In this document: piece by piece, positions 38,111-51,635 of the stretch
Layout of the letters: the number at the start of each line of letters is the position of its first letter
Numbering within the stretch: the stretch's first letter is position 1
From: Eledone cirrhosa
Lineage: Eukaryota
Assembly (NCBI GenBank): GCA_964016885.1
Contig: OZ024742.1
Span: 240,870,001-240,934,000 of the forward strand
Direction of reading: 5' to 3'
DNA: 64,000 nucleotides
Translations under genes and position numbers: made by a program
The notes under the pieces: model-generated
The model's database searches: none
The model's input: the letters and a program-made list of their open reading frames with translations, nothing else
What the model was told of the DNA's origin: nothing

Positions 38111-39271
38111 TATAGCTCTACAATGTCTACAAAAGTTTGGAATACTAATGCTGCTTTTTTATGTACAATTTATCACTATAGTAAATGCTATACTTTCAAC
38201 TGAAAGTTAAGTGCTATTTTGTTATGCTTTTTCTTTTGTTCTATTCCTATTTTAGCAATTTGTTACATCTCGTTAGTGTATGCATAGTAGTTTCTTAGAT
38301 TTGCATTTATATTCTATACAATTTGAGCCTGCAGTATTTTGTATTTTTATTTTATGACATAAATATACTTATAAAAGTTTCATCAGTTCTTTTAAAGATA
38401 GTGTACAGATAACGAAACTGAAAGAGCTAAGGGAAAAGCTATTTTGAGCTATGAAATCTTGTATGTGTAAATAGTGTTTGAAGAGACGGTAAGAGTAGAA
38501 TTGGTTCGCTTTCCTCTAAAATGCTCTATAAAAGACGAATATGACTAATTCTATTTTATTATTTAGTTGTAGAATATATGAATTATGAATTTAAAGGTCT
38601 ATTTACAGGCCTTCTCATACTGGTGGAAATAATTTAGGCTCGGCGTCAACATCTGTTTGTTGGTAAGTGGAAGAGAAATGCGAACAAGGAAAGAAGTCTA
38701 GACACTGGTTTTTCAAAAGAAAAACGATTGGTTAAATATTTAGTGTAGTGGAGAGGCGACGATTTGAAGATGTGTATTGTCAATTAGGTCGACCCCAGCT
38801 CCTGATTGGTGTTTTATTTTATAGATTTCGGAAGGTTGAAAGGTAAAGTTGAATTCGGCTAGATACGAAATAAAAATATAAGAAGATGTAACTAAAACAA
38901 GGCAATTTGTTGTTCAGCAATCCTCCATTTCTGCCAGTTCATCGGCCTTCTTTTATTACTCAGTATATTGAAGTATAAAAAATATTAGATGCGAACAGAT
39001 CAAAAGGTTTACTTCGGTGCGCAAAAATGTGTATAAGCCTCGTACGGAGGGATGAGATGGGCGACTTGTTGCCTTACAGTCTGGCTGATTAGATTAAAAG
39101 GATATATAGATGGATAGATAGATAGATGGAGTGATAGATACCAAGGTGGGTGGATAGACAGATCTCTTTCTCTCTGTCTGTTTGTTTGTCTCTCTTTCTA
39201 TATATAGACAGATCTATTTTTCATGGGAGACAGATCTATATCTATCTATTTTTCATGTATAGACAGATTTA

Positions 39272-39354
<83 letters not shown>

Positions 39355-39496
39355 GTGTTATATTTTATTTTATTTTATTTTATTTTATTTTAATATTTTG
39401 TTATTGCCTCCTCCTTATTGAGGACGCCTTGTTTTGTAAACTCCCCCCATTGTACTTGTCCCACTTTTGATGCCCTGGTGGCAAATAAAAGAAACA

Positions 39497-39583
<87 letters not shown>

Positions 39584-39588
39584 AGAGA

Positions 39589-40370
39589 GAGAATTAGTAT
39601 ATCTACCAACATATGTATACAGATGTATACCCATGCTAGCAAATATATATGTTATGTCTTAGTACCTTTGTGGTTCTATGCAGGGGGATGCAGAACAATT
39701 ATATGAAAGACGTAAAATAAGAAAATTTTAAAAATTAACTTACTTACTAAAATTTTCACTCCAACTAATTAGTTTCTGTAAGGGATAAATATAGTTACGC
39801 AATGTAACTATAGAGAAGTCCTTACGTCATCAGGGAGTCTATTCTCAGCTAGGTTCCCAGACAATGCGCGGACACTAGGAACCCATATAAAAATAATAAT
39901 TCAGTGGATGGAATAAAGCTAGCGGGGACTAAATTCCAGGGCACTGAAAAAATTCACTGCCTACTTGTTCAGTGGCAAATTCTAAAGAATCAATCACGTG
40001 ACACTGAGGTTAATCAGTGAGGAGTGAGGTGGTATTATGACAAGAGCCTAACTACTACCATGAACCATAGCAGTAAATTTCGGGAAGTTTTGCTCAACAA
40101 ATAATTTGGAGATAAATATAGAGAATTAGTATATCTACCAACATATGTATACAGATGTATACCCATGCTAGCAAATATATATGTTATGTCTTAGTACCTT
40201 TGTGGTTCTATGCAGGGGGATGCAGAAAAATTATATGAAAGACGTAAAATAAGAAAATATAAAAAATTAACTTACTTACTAAAATTTTCACTCCAACTAA
40301 TTAGTTTCTGTAAGGGATAAATATAGTTACGCAACGTAACTATAGAGAGGTCCTTACTACATCAGGGAGT

Positions 40371-40371
<1 letters not shown>
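39589..40371 (-). mobile_element. Partial tandem (532-bp period) HHR-bearing repeat
   Basis: 39589-39839 is repeated at 40121-40371. HHR on minus at 39758-39838: actcc-CTGATGA-cgtaagg...ccttaca-GAAA-ctaattag-TT-ggagt. Confidence 0.8.
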
Positions 40372-40406
<35 letters not shown>

Positions 40407-40822
40407 CCATGATATTAAATAAATGGAAACTATATTTAAAAAACCATATTTATTTTATTATATATATTTCAAGGGCAACCAAGTCAACCTTGGTGCGCTT
40501 TCATCAGATAAAATACAAAATTTGTTTTATAAAAACGTACCCATGATGATTCAACCTATCCAGTGAATTTCCGACCGATAAGGTTGAATCTTCATGGGTA
40601 CGTTTTTATAAAACAAATTTTGTATTTTATCTGATGAAAGTGCACCAAGGTTGACTTGGTTGCCCTTGAAATATATATAATAAAATAAATATGGTTTTAT
40701 AAATATAGTTTCCATTTATTTAATATCATGGAATATTTACTCCAGTAACTTATTGAGTGCTCTAAATCAGTTATAAACATTTACGTTTGTCGGAATTCCA
40801 ACAAATTAAATACAACTTCTAC
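40407..40822. mobile_element. Solo inverted pLTR pair of the Naiad-like family (HHR at 40623-40687 on plus, mirror copy on minus)
   Basis: Palindrome 40407-40731. HHR tattttat-CTGATGA-aag..ctt-GAAA-tatata-TA-ataaaata. Terminus matches 59155 onward. Confidence 0.85.
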
Positions 40823-40825
40823 ATA

Positions 40826-40873
<48 letters not shown>

Positions 40874-40950
40874 CATACAAACATGTATATATATATATAT
40901 ACATATATACAAACACACAGAGACGAACACACACACGCACACATATGTGA

Positions 40951-41014
<64 letters not shown>

Positions 41015-41092
41015 TGATGAGCAGAACAAACAAACATTAAACAATCCTTTAAATAAATTAAAAAATAATTTAAATATCTACCTGTTCATAAT

Positions 41093-41171
41093 GCTATTAC
41101 CGGCGGTTTCCATCTACAAAAGATTGGAAATTCAGAGAATTTCCAACGGAAAGTAGATTTCATCAGATAGC
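41093..41171 (-). ncRNA. Type I hammerhead with extended stem II
   Basis: gctat-CTGATGA-a-atctac..ttggaaattc-tct-gaatttccaa..gtagat-g-GAAA-ccgccgg-TA-atagc. Confidence 0.8.
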
Positions 41172-41583
41172 TATTTCCTTTCTATAGGACATACGTCCCG
41201 CGGTCGGTAAATATAATGCCAACTACCAGCTCGTATGAGTTATGGCCGTTAAAGTGACCCACACGTGAACCGGCCGCTAGTGCAAGCGGGAATATTACAG
41301 ACTTGTTGATGGCTTGGCTGCTAAAAAAATTAGCAGTAAGCAACAACGAATTTTTTCTCTACATAGATTGGAGAATGTATAAAAATGAGGTAAATATCTC
41401 ACTGAGTACTAAGTACCCATAGAGATATATAGCGCACTGTATATCTCTCTCTGGTGTGTTACCTTTTCAACATATTGTATTTTAAAGAGCTCAGGATTTC
41501 TCCTCCTTTGAGCACATTATTTACAGGGAATGGCGAGGGCCTATGGCTCCGTTAATTTATCGTGATATATATATATATATATT

Positions 41584-41969
41584 AGAAAGTGAGGTTTTTT
41601 TTACAAAATGAAAAATAACCGAGGTGTCCTACACGAGTGGAAGTATAAAGAAAAAGAGATGAAATCGAAAATGCAACTGAAGTCTTATTTAAAAAAAAAA
41701 TATATATATTTATTTGGTTCCTTTACCGGTTTCGCAGTTCTTCTGCTTTTCAAAAGGTGAGTTGAGATGGAGGATCTGTGGTTTTTCTCACATCTGGTTG
41801 GTCTCTAACATTTAGAGACCAACCAGATGTGAGAAAAACCACAGACCCTCCATCTCAACTCACCTTTTGAAAAGCAGAAGAACTGCGAAACCGGTAAAGG
41901 AACCAAATAAATATATATATTTAAAAAAAAAATAAGACTTCAGTTGCATTTTCGATTTCATCTCTTTTT

Positions 41970-41975
<6 letters not shown>
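41584..41975. mobile_element. Inverted pLTR pair of the Neptune-like family with a U3-A8 hammerhead
   Basis: Palindrome centred on ggtctctaa-cat-ttagagacc (~41810). Plus arm 41863-41900: cctt-TTGAAAA-gcag-aagaa-ctgc-GAAA-ccgg-TA-aagg. Confidence 0.8.
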
Positions 41976-42054
<79 letters not shown>

Positions 42055-42387
42055 CAAATAACGAAACGAAATTAAATTTCGTTTCATTTGTAACTCACTT
42101 TTGTATGACTGACGCTTAAACAATTAAGTTAAAGATGTACATCCACATATGTATACTGAAATACTAGTATGCATATGAATACACACACGTAGAATAGAGG
42201 AAAGGTGTTTCCTCAAAAACCAGTATGACTCTAAAAACCGGTTTGTCTGTGTGTTTACATACAGAATAGCTGGACACTCACAGTAAAGTGACCAGTGAAA
42301 AACTCGGTACATCTACATATGTATACGTGTGTGTATTCATATGCATACTAGTATTTCAGTATACATATGTGGATGTACATCTTTAAC

Positions 42388-42503
<116 letters not shown>

Positions 42504-43122
42504 GGATTGATAGATAAGCGGATGGATTGATGGATAGCTAGATATATGAATAGGTGGGTAAGTAAATGGATAGATACATATCATAGATACATCATAGATA
42601 GACAGACCGACAGAAAGAGAGATAGTTGTATAGATAGACAGACTGATGGCTAAATGAATGCACGTAAAGAAACCACACAGAATACGAAATAGAAACAGAT
42701 GTGATAGTCAGTTAAAACAACAAACAAGTTTACAGCGAACAATACAGAACTAAAATCCAGTTAACTGTCAACAGTTGTTCTATCTTAAGACGCTTGCTTG
42801 CATCGTATTTCTTCCACTTCTGCTACAGTCTAGAGCAGCTGTTAGTTAAAAAAAAAAAAAAAAGAATTGCTCTAGCAGAGTTACTATATCTTTTAAACCT
42901 CTACACTTTATTTGCAGCCCTAACCCGGACCACCGTCGTTAGACAAGATAACATGTACTCAAACATATATATATATCTAAAGAAAAAAAAGGAAAAAAAT
43001 GCATTGCCGGCGACAACGTCATCAGTATCATCAACATAACCAACATCACCAGCACCCTTCTCATGATCAACAGTGACGTTATCGTCTGCTCACAAACAAT
43101 CTTCTAATCAGCTCTCTCTCCT

Positions 43123-43177
43123 CGTTGTTGTTGTTGTTGTTGTTGTTTTCCTCCTCTTCTTCTGCTGCTGCTGCTGT

Positions 43178-43238
<61 letters not shown>

Positions 43239-43264
43239 GCTGCTGCTGCCGCTGCTGCTGCTGT

Positions 43265-43362
<98 letters not shown>
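43123..43362. repeat. Compound (GTT)/(CTG)/(CTA)n microsatellite
   Basis: Directly visible. Confidence 0.9.
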
Positions 43363-43363
<1 letters not shown>

Positions 43364-43587
43364 ACATTTCTTCATACATCTGTGGACGTATTCAGAAACC
43401 TCTGAAATATAGAGCATATCACACACAAACACGCACTCATAAATGTACATGTGTAAGTGTGTGTATGTTTGTATATGTGCGTATGTATTATATATATATA
43501 TATATATATATACAATACATACTTGACAGATACACATACGCACATATGCAAATATACACACACTTACACATATATATATTTATATAA

Positions 43588-43992
43588 GTAGAAAGGGTAT
43601 TTAATTTGTTGGAAATCCGACAAAAATAAATGTTTATAACTGATTTAGAGCACTCAACAGTTTAGTGGAGTAAATATTCAATGATATTAAATAAATGGAA
43701 ACTATATTTATAAAACCATATTTACTTTATTATATATATTTCAAGGGTACCAAGACACATTGGTACGCTTTCCTCAGATAAAATACAAAGTTTGTTTTAT
43801 AAATAGAGACATACCCATGAAAATCATACCTTAACGGTTGGATATTCTGTGGATAGTCCAGAGAATATCCACCCGATAAGGGATGATAAGTATGGTATCT
43901 GAGGAAAGCGTACCAATGTGTCTTTGTACCCTTGAAATATATATAATAAAATAAATATGGTTTTATAAATATAGTTTCCATTTATTTAATAT

Positions 43993-43998
<6 letters not shown>
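43588..43998. mobile_element. Second solo inverted pLTR pair of the Naiad-like family
   Basis: Homologous to 59155-59440. CTGAGGA..GAAA HHR in both arms; fold-back near 43856. Confidence 0.8.
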
Positions 43999-44065
<67 letters not shown>

Positions 44066-44067
<2 letters not shown>

Positions 44068-44480
44068 TATGTATACGTACATACATATATGTATACAGAC
44101 GTACAGTAGTATGTATATATATACATACATGCACACATATATATTATGAACGTATGGATTTACCGAACATTTATTATAATGCTCGGTTTGTTTGTAAACA
44201 AACATCCCGAATTAAGCCGTACAGTGTTTAGCAACCATCGTTGCCCTTTTTTTTCAACACTGGCAAAGGAACGCTGTACTAGTTTCAAGCTTATTAGCTA
44301 TCGTCAGCACCGTATACCTTCCTGCCAGATGATTGAACGTCTGAAAGTATATACTTTCCTTATGCATATTAACGGCTGAGCAGCCTAATTATATGTATGT
44401 ACGTATACATACTTATATTTAAGTAACAGCCGTACTAAGAGTGAGTGAGAAATGAAATTTCGTTTCATTTTTTCCATTTA
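44066..44480. mobile_element. 422-bp unit, diverged subfamily B, with internal inversion
   Basis: Minus HHR at 44272-44312 (loop II aata). Orientation switches near 44390; TA-flanked. Confidence 0.85.
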
Positions 44481-45748
44481 TATATATATATTTATATATA
44501 TATTTATATATATATGTATATATGCACACATACACATATATCTATATACACACATACATACATACATGCATATATATATATAGATACAATCATACATACA
44601 TGTATACATACATGTATACATACATGTATACATACATACAAAGCTTGACTAACATTTATGCATATATGTCATATGCAGGTTGAAAGTTTGTGCACGAAAA
44701 TCATCACTTATATGCATTGCATGTAGGAGTTTACATCTTCAATATGTCTATGTGTATATACACCCACAATGCCCCTCCTATACACACAGTGCAGTGTATA
44801 TACCAGTTATAGTAGAAAACAATGAACCGAGGAATGGTATACTTTTACACAACCAAAATGTAGAATATTAAGAAAACAGATGTTTTTGAAAAAACTTAAA
44901 TTATATTTACGTTATTGTTCTTTTCAATTTGTGTAACATCCTTCTAAGTTGATCTTACGAAGGAAACTTTAGTTGTGACTTGATCTGTTAAAAATAATAG
45001 CTAAATCTCTTTCAAATCACACCTTACCATCCTAAGAAAAGGACACGTTGGATAATTCGGTACATGGTCCTCTGTATATACGTAAAAGATGAGTTGGTCA
45101 TGGCTGGATTGCCTTTGGTCAGATATAGTGATGCTTTACAAAGGCTAATCGGGAGCTAAAGAATAAGAACAACAACATTCATATGTGTTGTTATTTATCC
45201 CTCGACCCTTTCCGTTCTGAGTTCAAATCCCGCCGAGGTTAGCTTTGCCTTTCATCCTTACGGAGTCAATAAAATATAAGCACCAGTAATGCACTGAGGT
45301 AATTGCTGGCCTTGTGCTTAAAGAAAAAAAAACAGTTATTTATCCCTAGATCCCCTTTTGGTTGAGTAAACAATTGATCAAAGGCATCCGGCAATTCCTT
45401 TTCTATAAATGTGCAGTTACTACTCCATGCACTTTGATATTTTCTGTTACCCTCTATTATTTTTAATGCCGCATGTAATAAAGACAAAGTAAATTGTTCC
45501 TTATTACGACAAAAAGGAATTTGACTGAAGTGTCGACAATTCTCTCAACAGGGGCATACCAGCCTAAGTAATAATTTGTCTTCAATAAATACAAATTTTG
45601 CTGACACAAATTCCGAAATATGAGCAACTAATATTTTTTAATACCAAACATAATTTTATTTATACAAATTGCTCTTCATTTTGATGATTCTTATATGAAT
45701 TTATAACATTGGCACAAAGTCATATATTTTAGGCAGGGTTCATTACAT

Positions 45749-45944
45749 CAGGTATGTCAAACTGAGGGTTCCCCGAGGGCCACATGGGTCACATATGTGT
45801 TGTCTGAGGGCCACACACGACAATTAATTGCGCACATTACAGCTAATTTTACCAAGATAAAGCATGCTCGCACTGTAAAAACCTTTGTGCGGGCCGCAGG
45901 TGTGCTTGTAAAGGGCCGCACGGGCCCCACGGGCCGCATGCCTG
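45749..45944. mobile_element. hAT (Charlie-like) MITE
   Basis: caggtatg...catgcctg ends, gggccgca/gggccaca subterminal repeats, 8-bp TSD cattacat/cattagat. Confidence 0.8.
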
Positions 45945-48073
45945 CATTAGATTATATCAGCATTAGTACTTGATTGGTACATATTTTATCCACTTTTATC
46001 CACCACAGATTTAAAAGCAAATTCGACTCTACCAGGATTTGAGTATTAAATGTACAACAAAAATGTTATATTGCTCTTTATTCTAATGCTTATATTGAAA
46101 ACATTTTATTCTATAAATATCGACCACTCTAGAGAATAAAATGTTGAATTCAATACTGAAAATGCCACTAATAAAATTTACAGTGCTGACGTTACCTACA
46201 GTGGCAAGTTATTTATAACTTGGGGAATGGGACATTTTAAGTGTCTTGATCACAGATACCACGCAGTCATTCTGTTGACTTCTCCTTATCCTAACCAATC
46301 AGACATATGCTCGCCTATAACCCACAGTCTCCGTAACAATAGACGGATGATAGATAAATATTCCATCGTTATTATACAACAATATTTCCACTGTGAACTT
46401 ATGATTTCAAGACAGTGTGATTTGGTGGAATCTATTATTTTCAGAACGACTGTACAGAAGCTCCATTGTTGGCTCAGTATATTATTATAGTAAAATATTT
46501 CGAGTGAATTCAAATTAAAGTCGACAACCGCGAAATATAATGATTATTACTATATTGCTATGGAACGCTTAATTTAACCAGTTTGAGTAGCAGTATTTTC
46601 ACTTAGTAATCGAGAGAAAAGTTTAAAATACTTTGCATAGCTGCAAATATTTGACTGAACGTAGGGGATCTTACGTAGGATTATCATACCTGTACATTTT
46701 AACACCATTAATGTCTTGTTTTACTTTTGTACTTCAGATTGTTAGCATTTGCCAATCATATTAAGAAAACCTCGAACGTCGCATAATCCCATTTTCCTTT
46801 CTTTTCACAACTGACGCTTTTTTTTGTCCATATGAGAAATGAATGCTATTTCCCGAAGAAGATGACCACGTTACCATTAAGATTATAAAACACGTACGAA
46901 AAGAATAAAAAAATAAGGAAAATGCAGAAACAAAATGAAAGTTTTTATTGAGAAAATTTATAGTCAGTTTGTTCTTGAGTGAATCAGAACATATACATTG
47001 ATTAAAATGTTCTCCGAGAATTACAAAGGTGGTGATGGAGGTTAGTTTATCATATGAGAGAAATCTTGTTGCCTGATATAAAATTTCAAACTTAGTGCTA
47101 GCGACACTTAAACAGCAAAGATAAATCTTAGCCACAGTAATTTTTTTAAAGTATCACCCATTACTACAAGTGAATAGAGAAGTTGGTGATTGTACTGAAC
47201 GTTTGGTTAATCTTGCTAAAACTAATATCGCATATTCAAGGGAGATCATTAAATATAAAATTGCTTTTCAGCCATGTGATGCTAGATATAGACAGATCCT
47301 TACTAAGCATATATAATTAAAATTGCGGAAAAATGTTTAGAAAATATGTCATTTAATGTTATAAAAGGTTTAAACATTTTCATTTACTGTAATATGTTTC
47401 TGTCAGGAAAGGTATAGGAAAGACGACTAACGTATGATACATTACTGTGGTTTGTCACGAGTTCTATTTGGAGAGGTGAGTTGGTGGCTTCGTTGGTGAA
47501 GGAGAGATTCAGAAGAATTATATGCCGTTGGGTTGTCATGACAGCAATATCAAAAGGGATGATTAGAAAAAAAGAGCTAATTGCAAGCACGAAATATCGG
47601 AATCATTGTTAGAGAGTTGTGTTGTTACTGTTGTAGTTTCTGTTTTTGTTGCTGTTTTTTCTGTTGTAGGTAAGATTGTGGTTGTTTTTGTCGTTGTTGG
47701 AAACGAAGTTGTTTTTGTTATTCTTTGGTGTTAAACTTTTTATAGAGATTTTTTTTTTTGGAATTGTCATTGATGTTGAATATTGTAATATCTGCTGTTG
47801 TTATTGAAGCAGTGGTGGTGGTGGTGAAAGTTATATAGTTTCCATATAAACTGTGATATGTAAAATGACAAGAATCTGCCATAATTTACTCAATGTGACC
47901 ATATTGAAAAAAATATTGAAACTAACTACAACCTAAAATGATTTTCTATATCTAAAAGATTGCATCACTTTATAAAACATATAATTCAAGATGCAGCGTT
48001 CGCTTTAAAGTCTCTTTTCTGTATATCAACAACTTTTTCAATGTTATATTCATATTATTTATTTAGTTTATAA

Positions 48074-48280
48074 GGGCGGTGGATTGGCAGTATCGGTAGA
48101 GGGTCGGACGCCATGCTTTCCAGCATAGTTACGTCCCTTTACCATCTGAGTTCAAATCCCGCCGAGGTTGACTTTGCCTTTCATCCTTACGGGGTCGATA
48201 AAATAATCCTTACGGGGTCGATAAAATAAAGTACCAGTAATGCACTGGTAATTGCTGTGCCTAAAGTAGAAACAATTATT
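48074..48280 (+). mobile_element. Full-length Nin-like SINE with an internal 23-bp tandem duplication
   Basis: TSD attatttatttagtttataa at 48054 and 48275. atccttacggggtcgataaaata is duplicated. Confidence 0.9.
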
Positions 48281-48475
48281 TATTTAGTTTATAAAACCAA
48301 ATTGAAGGCTACACAAAGACGCACACACACACTCGCCCCCCCCCAAACACTGCTTTATCTTGTCAGTTGATAGTGTTCTCCTTAGTCAATGATCAGTCAA
48401 TGTATGCTCAGTGTCTCCCGCTCGTGTGTTCTGAGCTGACTCGTAAGATTAGTTGATGATTTACATGGTCTAGAG

Positions 48476-48735
48476 CAGGCATGGGCAACCTCTTTCGAGA
48501 AGCGGGCCGCAAAGCGCTAATTTACATTCGTGCCCACATTAAAAAAAAAAAGGTGGTAACTTAGGTTGTTTAGATTTGTTTCTTCAGTATTCGTACACGT
48601 TTTCCTCGATCGTAAAAATGATTGAAAGATAAATTGCGACTGAAAAGTTGGGATAAAAAAATCAGAAAGATTTCACTTAGGTGACTTAGGCGAGCCATTC
48701 AGAAAGCTTCGCGGGCCGCAGGTTGCCCATGACTG
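48476..48735. mobile_element. hAT (Charlie-like) MITE
   Basis: TIR caggcatgggcaacct / aggttgcccatgactg and perfect 8-bp TSD gtctagag. A second decayed hAT MITE follows at about 48744-48858. Confidence 0.9.
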
Positions 48736-49120
48736 GTCTAGAGCAACATGGGCAAACGGCGGTCCGTTAAGCATTCTGAATGGCACAACTAATTTCAAAA
48801 TTGCCTTCATCTTTTAGTAGTGCGGGGCGTCTTAGGACGAAAATGGTTACCCATGTCTCACCTAGAGAAAACATAGCAGATGAAATTCAGTATCTCTACA
48901 TAATTAATTAGTAGTTCATATGGAATGATAGTCATATGAATATGTCTTTGCACTTTAGGTTTGTGCTAACAATTTGTTGGAAACTACACAAGTGCGTCAG
49001 ATATAAAGGGACGAAGATGGTCTCTATGATTAAAGATGGTTTCTATGATAAAGCTACAAGTTTACGTATAATAGCTAAAAGATTGTATTCATTGTATCTT
49101 TACTTCTTCCTGTCACCCCT

Positions 49121-49175
<55 letters not shown>

Positions 49176-49364
49176 CTGGTACTCTTTTTAGTGGTTCTGA
49201 AAATAGCGATCGATTTAATAAGTAATAGATTGCCGCAGCACACACACACACGCACGCGCACACACACATACACACACACATACACACATATACACACACA
49301 CACACATATACACACACACCGGCGCACACGCACATACACGCACACACACACACACACACACACG

Positions 49365-49424
<60 letters not shown>

Positions 49425-49615
49425 AACCAGTAAGACCCCGACAGAGGAGCTCAAGCCGTTTCGACGGCTAATTCTGGACGTCCAGAATTAGCCGTCGAAA
49501 CGGCTTGAGCTCAGCTGTCGGGGTCTTACTGGTTCCTATTACCCACTCTACTACCCCAAGTATTGAGTACTTTGGTGCGTTATGGTCCACCTGGTTCCTT
49601 ACCACATTTCCTTCG

Positions 49616-49721
<106 letters not shown>

Positions 49722-50352
49722 CGACTGACCTCTTCCTCGCACTTCCACTCACTCACTCTCTGTTTCTCCCCTTCTCACTTCCTCCCATTCGCTAGTAGTG
49801 GGGTTCCTTCTTTCTCACACCGCATCCACGGCGTACGGTCTGCTTCTCTGACCGCTCATGAAATTCACCCAGATTATGCTGATCGGATAACTATCATGTG
49901 GCTTGCTGTTTTCCAACCTTCGGTTTGCTTTTCCTTCTGTTGTTTACTTGTCTCACTCGCTTTACGCGTTTCACTTGTCCCAATAGCTTATTTTAGTTAT
50001 TGTTCGCACCAACCTGAGGTATCTGATTTTTAATGCGATGAAATACCAATGATGGTTGGCAAATCACTGATGAGGGACTAATTTTATAATATGTAATCCA
50101 TGTGCAACCATGCAGTATTCTTCTCCCCTTGTTTTTCATATATATATTATATATATATAAATGTGTGTGTGTGCATATAAGTAGACACACATACACACAT
50201 TCATACATGTGTATTGGGCGTTAGAACGCTGCTCTCTCTCTTACGTTTTCACTCTATCCTCGATAATCTTTCATCATGCCCTTTCTCATTTAATATCACG
50301 CCATTTGCATTTAGATGTGTGTGTGTGGGTGTGTGTGGGTGTGTGTGTGTGT

Positions 50353-50415
<63 letters not shown>

Positions 50416-50711
50416 TGTGTGCATCTGTGTGTTTCTGTTTAACATGTATGTTTATGATTAGTGTTTGTGTGTCAGATTTTGTGTACGTATTTTTGCGGTT
50501 GCCTTTTGTATTGCAAGGCAAAATAAGCAGTTTGTTTCGATATGAATTCAAAGCCAAACAATCGTATTTAAATATCAGTAACTTTATACACCAACATAAA
50601 GGTTACCATTACATGTCCGGTGACCTGCAAAATAAAATACATATAACTTCTTGTTTGTTTATTTCCTAATTTCTGGGTATATGGCGGATACACACAAAGA
50701 CAACGTAATTG

Positions 50712-51060
50712 ATATACATACATATATGCATGCATACATACATACATACATACATACATACATACATACATACATACATACATACGTACATACATATATA
50801 TATACATACATACATACATGCATACATACATACATAGATACATAATGCATACATGCATACATACATACATACATATATACATATATACATACGTACATAC
50901 ATACGTACATACATATATATATACATACATACATACATGCATACATACATACATACATAGATACATAATGCATACATGCATACATACATACATACATACA
51001 TACATACATACGTACATACAAACATACAAACGTACATACATATATACATACATACATATA

Positions 51061-51094
<34 letters not shown>

Positions 51095-51128
51095 CATATA
51101 TACATACATACATACATACATATATACA

Positions 51129-51162
<34 letters not shown>

Positions 51163-51225
51163 CATACATACATACATACATACATACATACATACATACA
51201 TACATACATACATACGTACATACAA
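50712..51225. repeat. (CATA)n microsatellite
   Basis: Directly visible. Confidence 0.95.
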
Positions 51226-51635
51226 ATACACAAACGTTCATACATATATACACAGTGGAAGCCAACTCTTGTCCGAGTATGGCCACTTTTAGTAGAGAAA
51301 AACAAAAACAAAACTAAAAAAACAGACATTGGTATAAAGGTAGCTGTCGTTGATGCTTCCTTACATGGTTCATCACACCAGGAAGTGCCTTACAAGTCAT
51401 ACCACACTGTGCAGATACATTTCCCGCCTGATTGCGTTTGATTATCATAGCGCACATTGTGGTGCGATTTAGCCCATTTGTGGAGTGACACGCATTGTAA
51501 CAGATGCCACATGAATATAAAAGTGTACGGGGTACTGAAAGGTGTTATTTCCATGAGTATGACGTCAGTTATGGCTTATTAGTCCAGCTTTTGTCATAGA
51601 TACACGTCTGCACGACTCGCAGTTCTCTCTTTAAA

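Noticed and set aside
46040-47400. Possible decayed hAT transposase (also 15400-16500, 17640-17960, 28000-29040)
   Set aside because: Only faint motif resemblance by eye; cannot be supported without tBLASTn/HMM.
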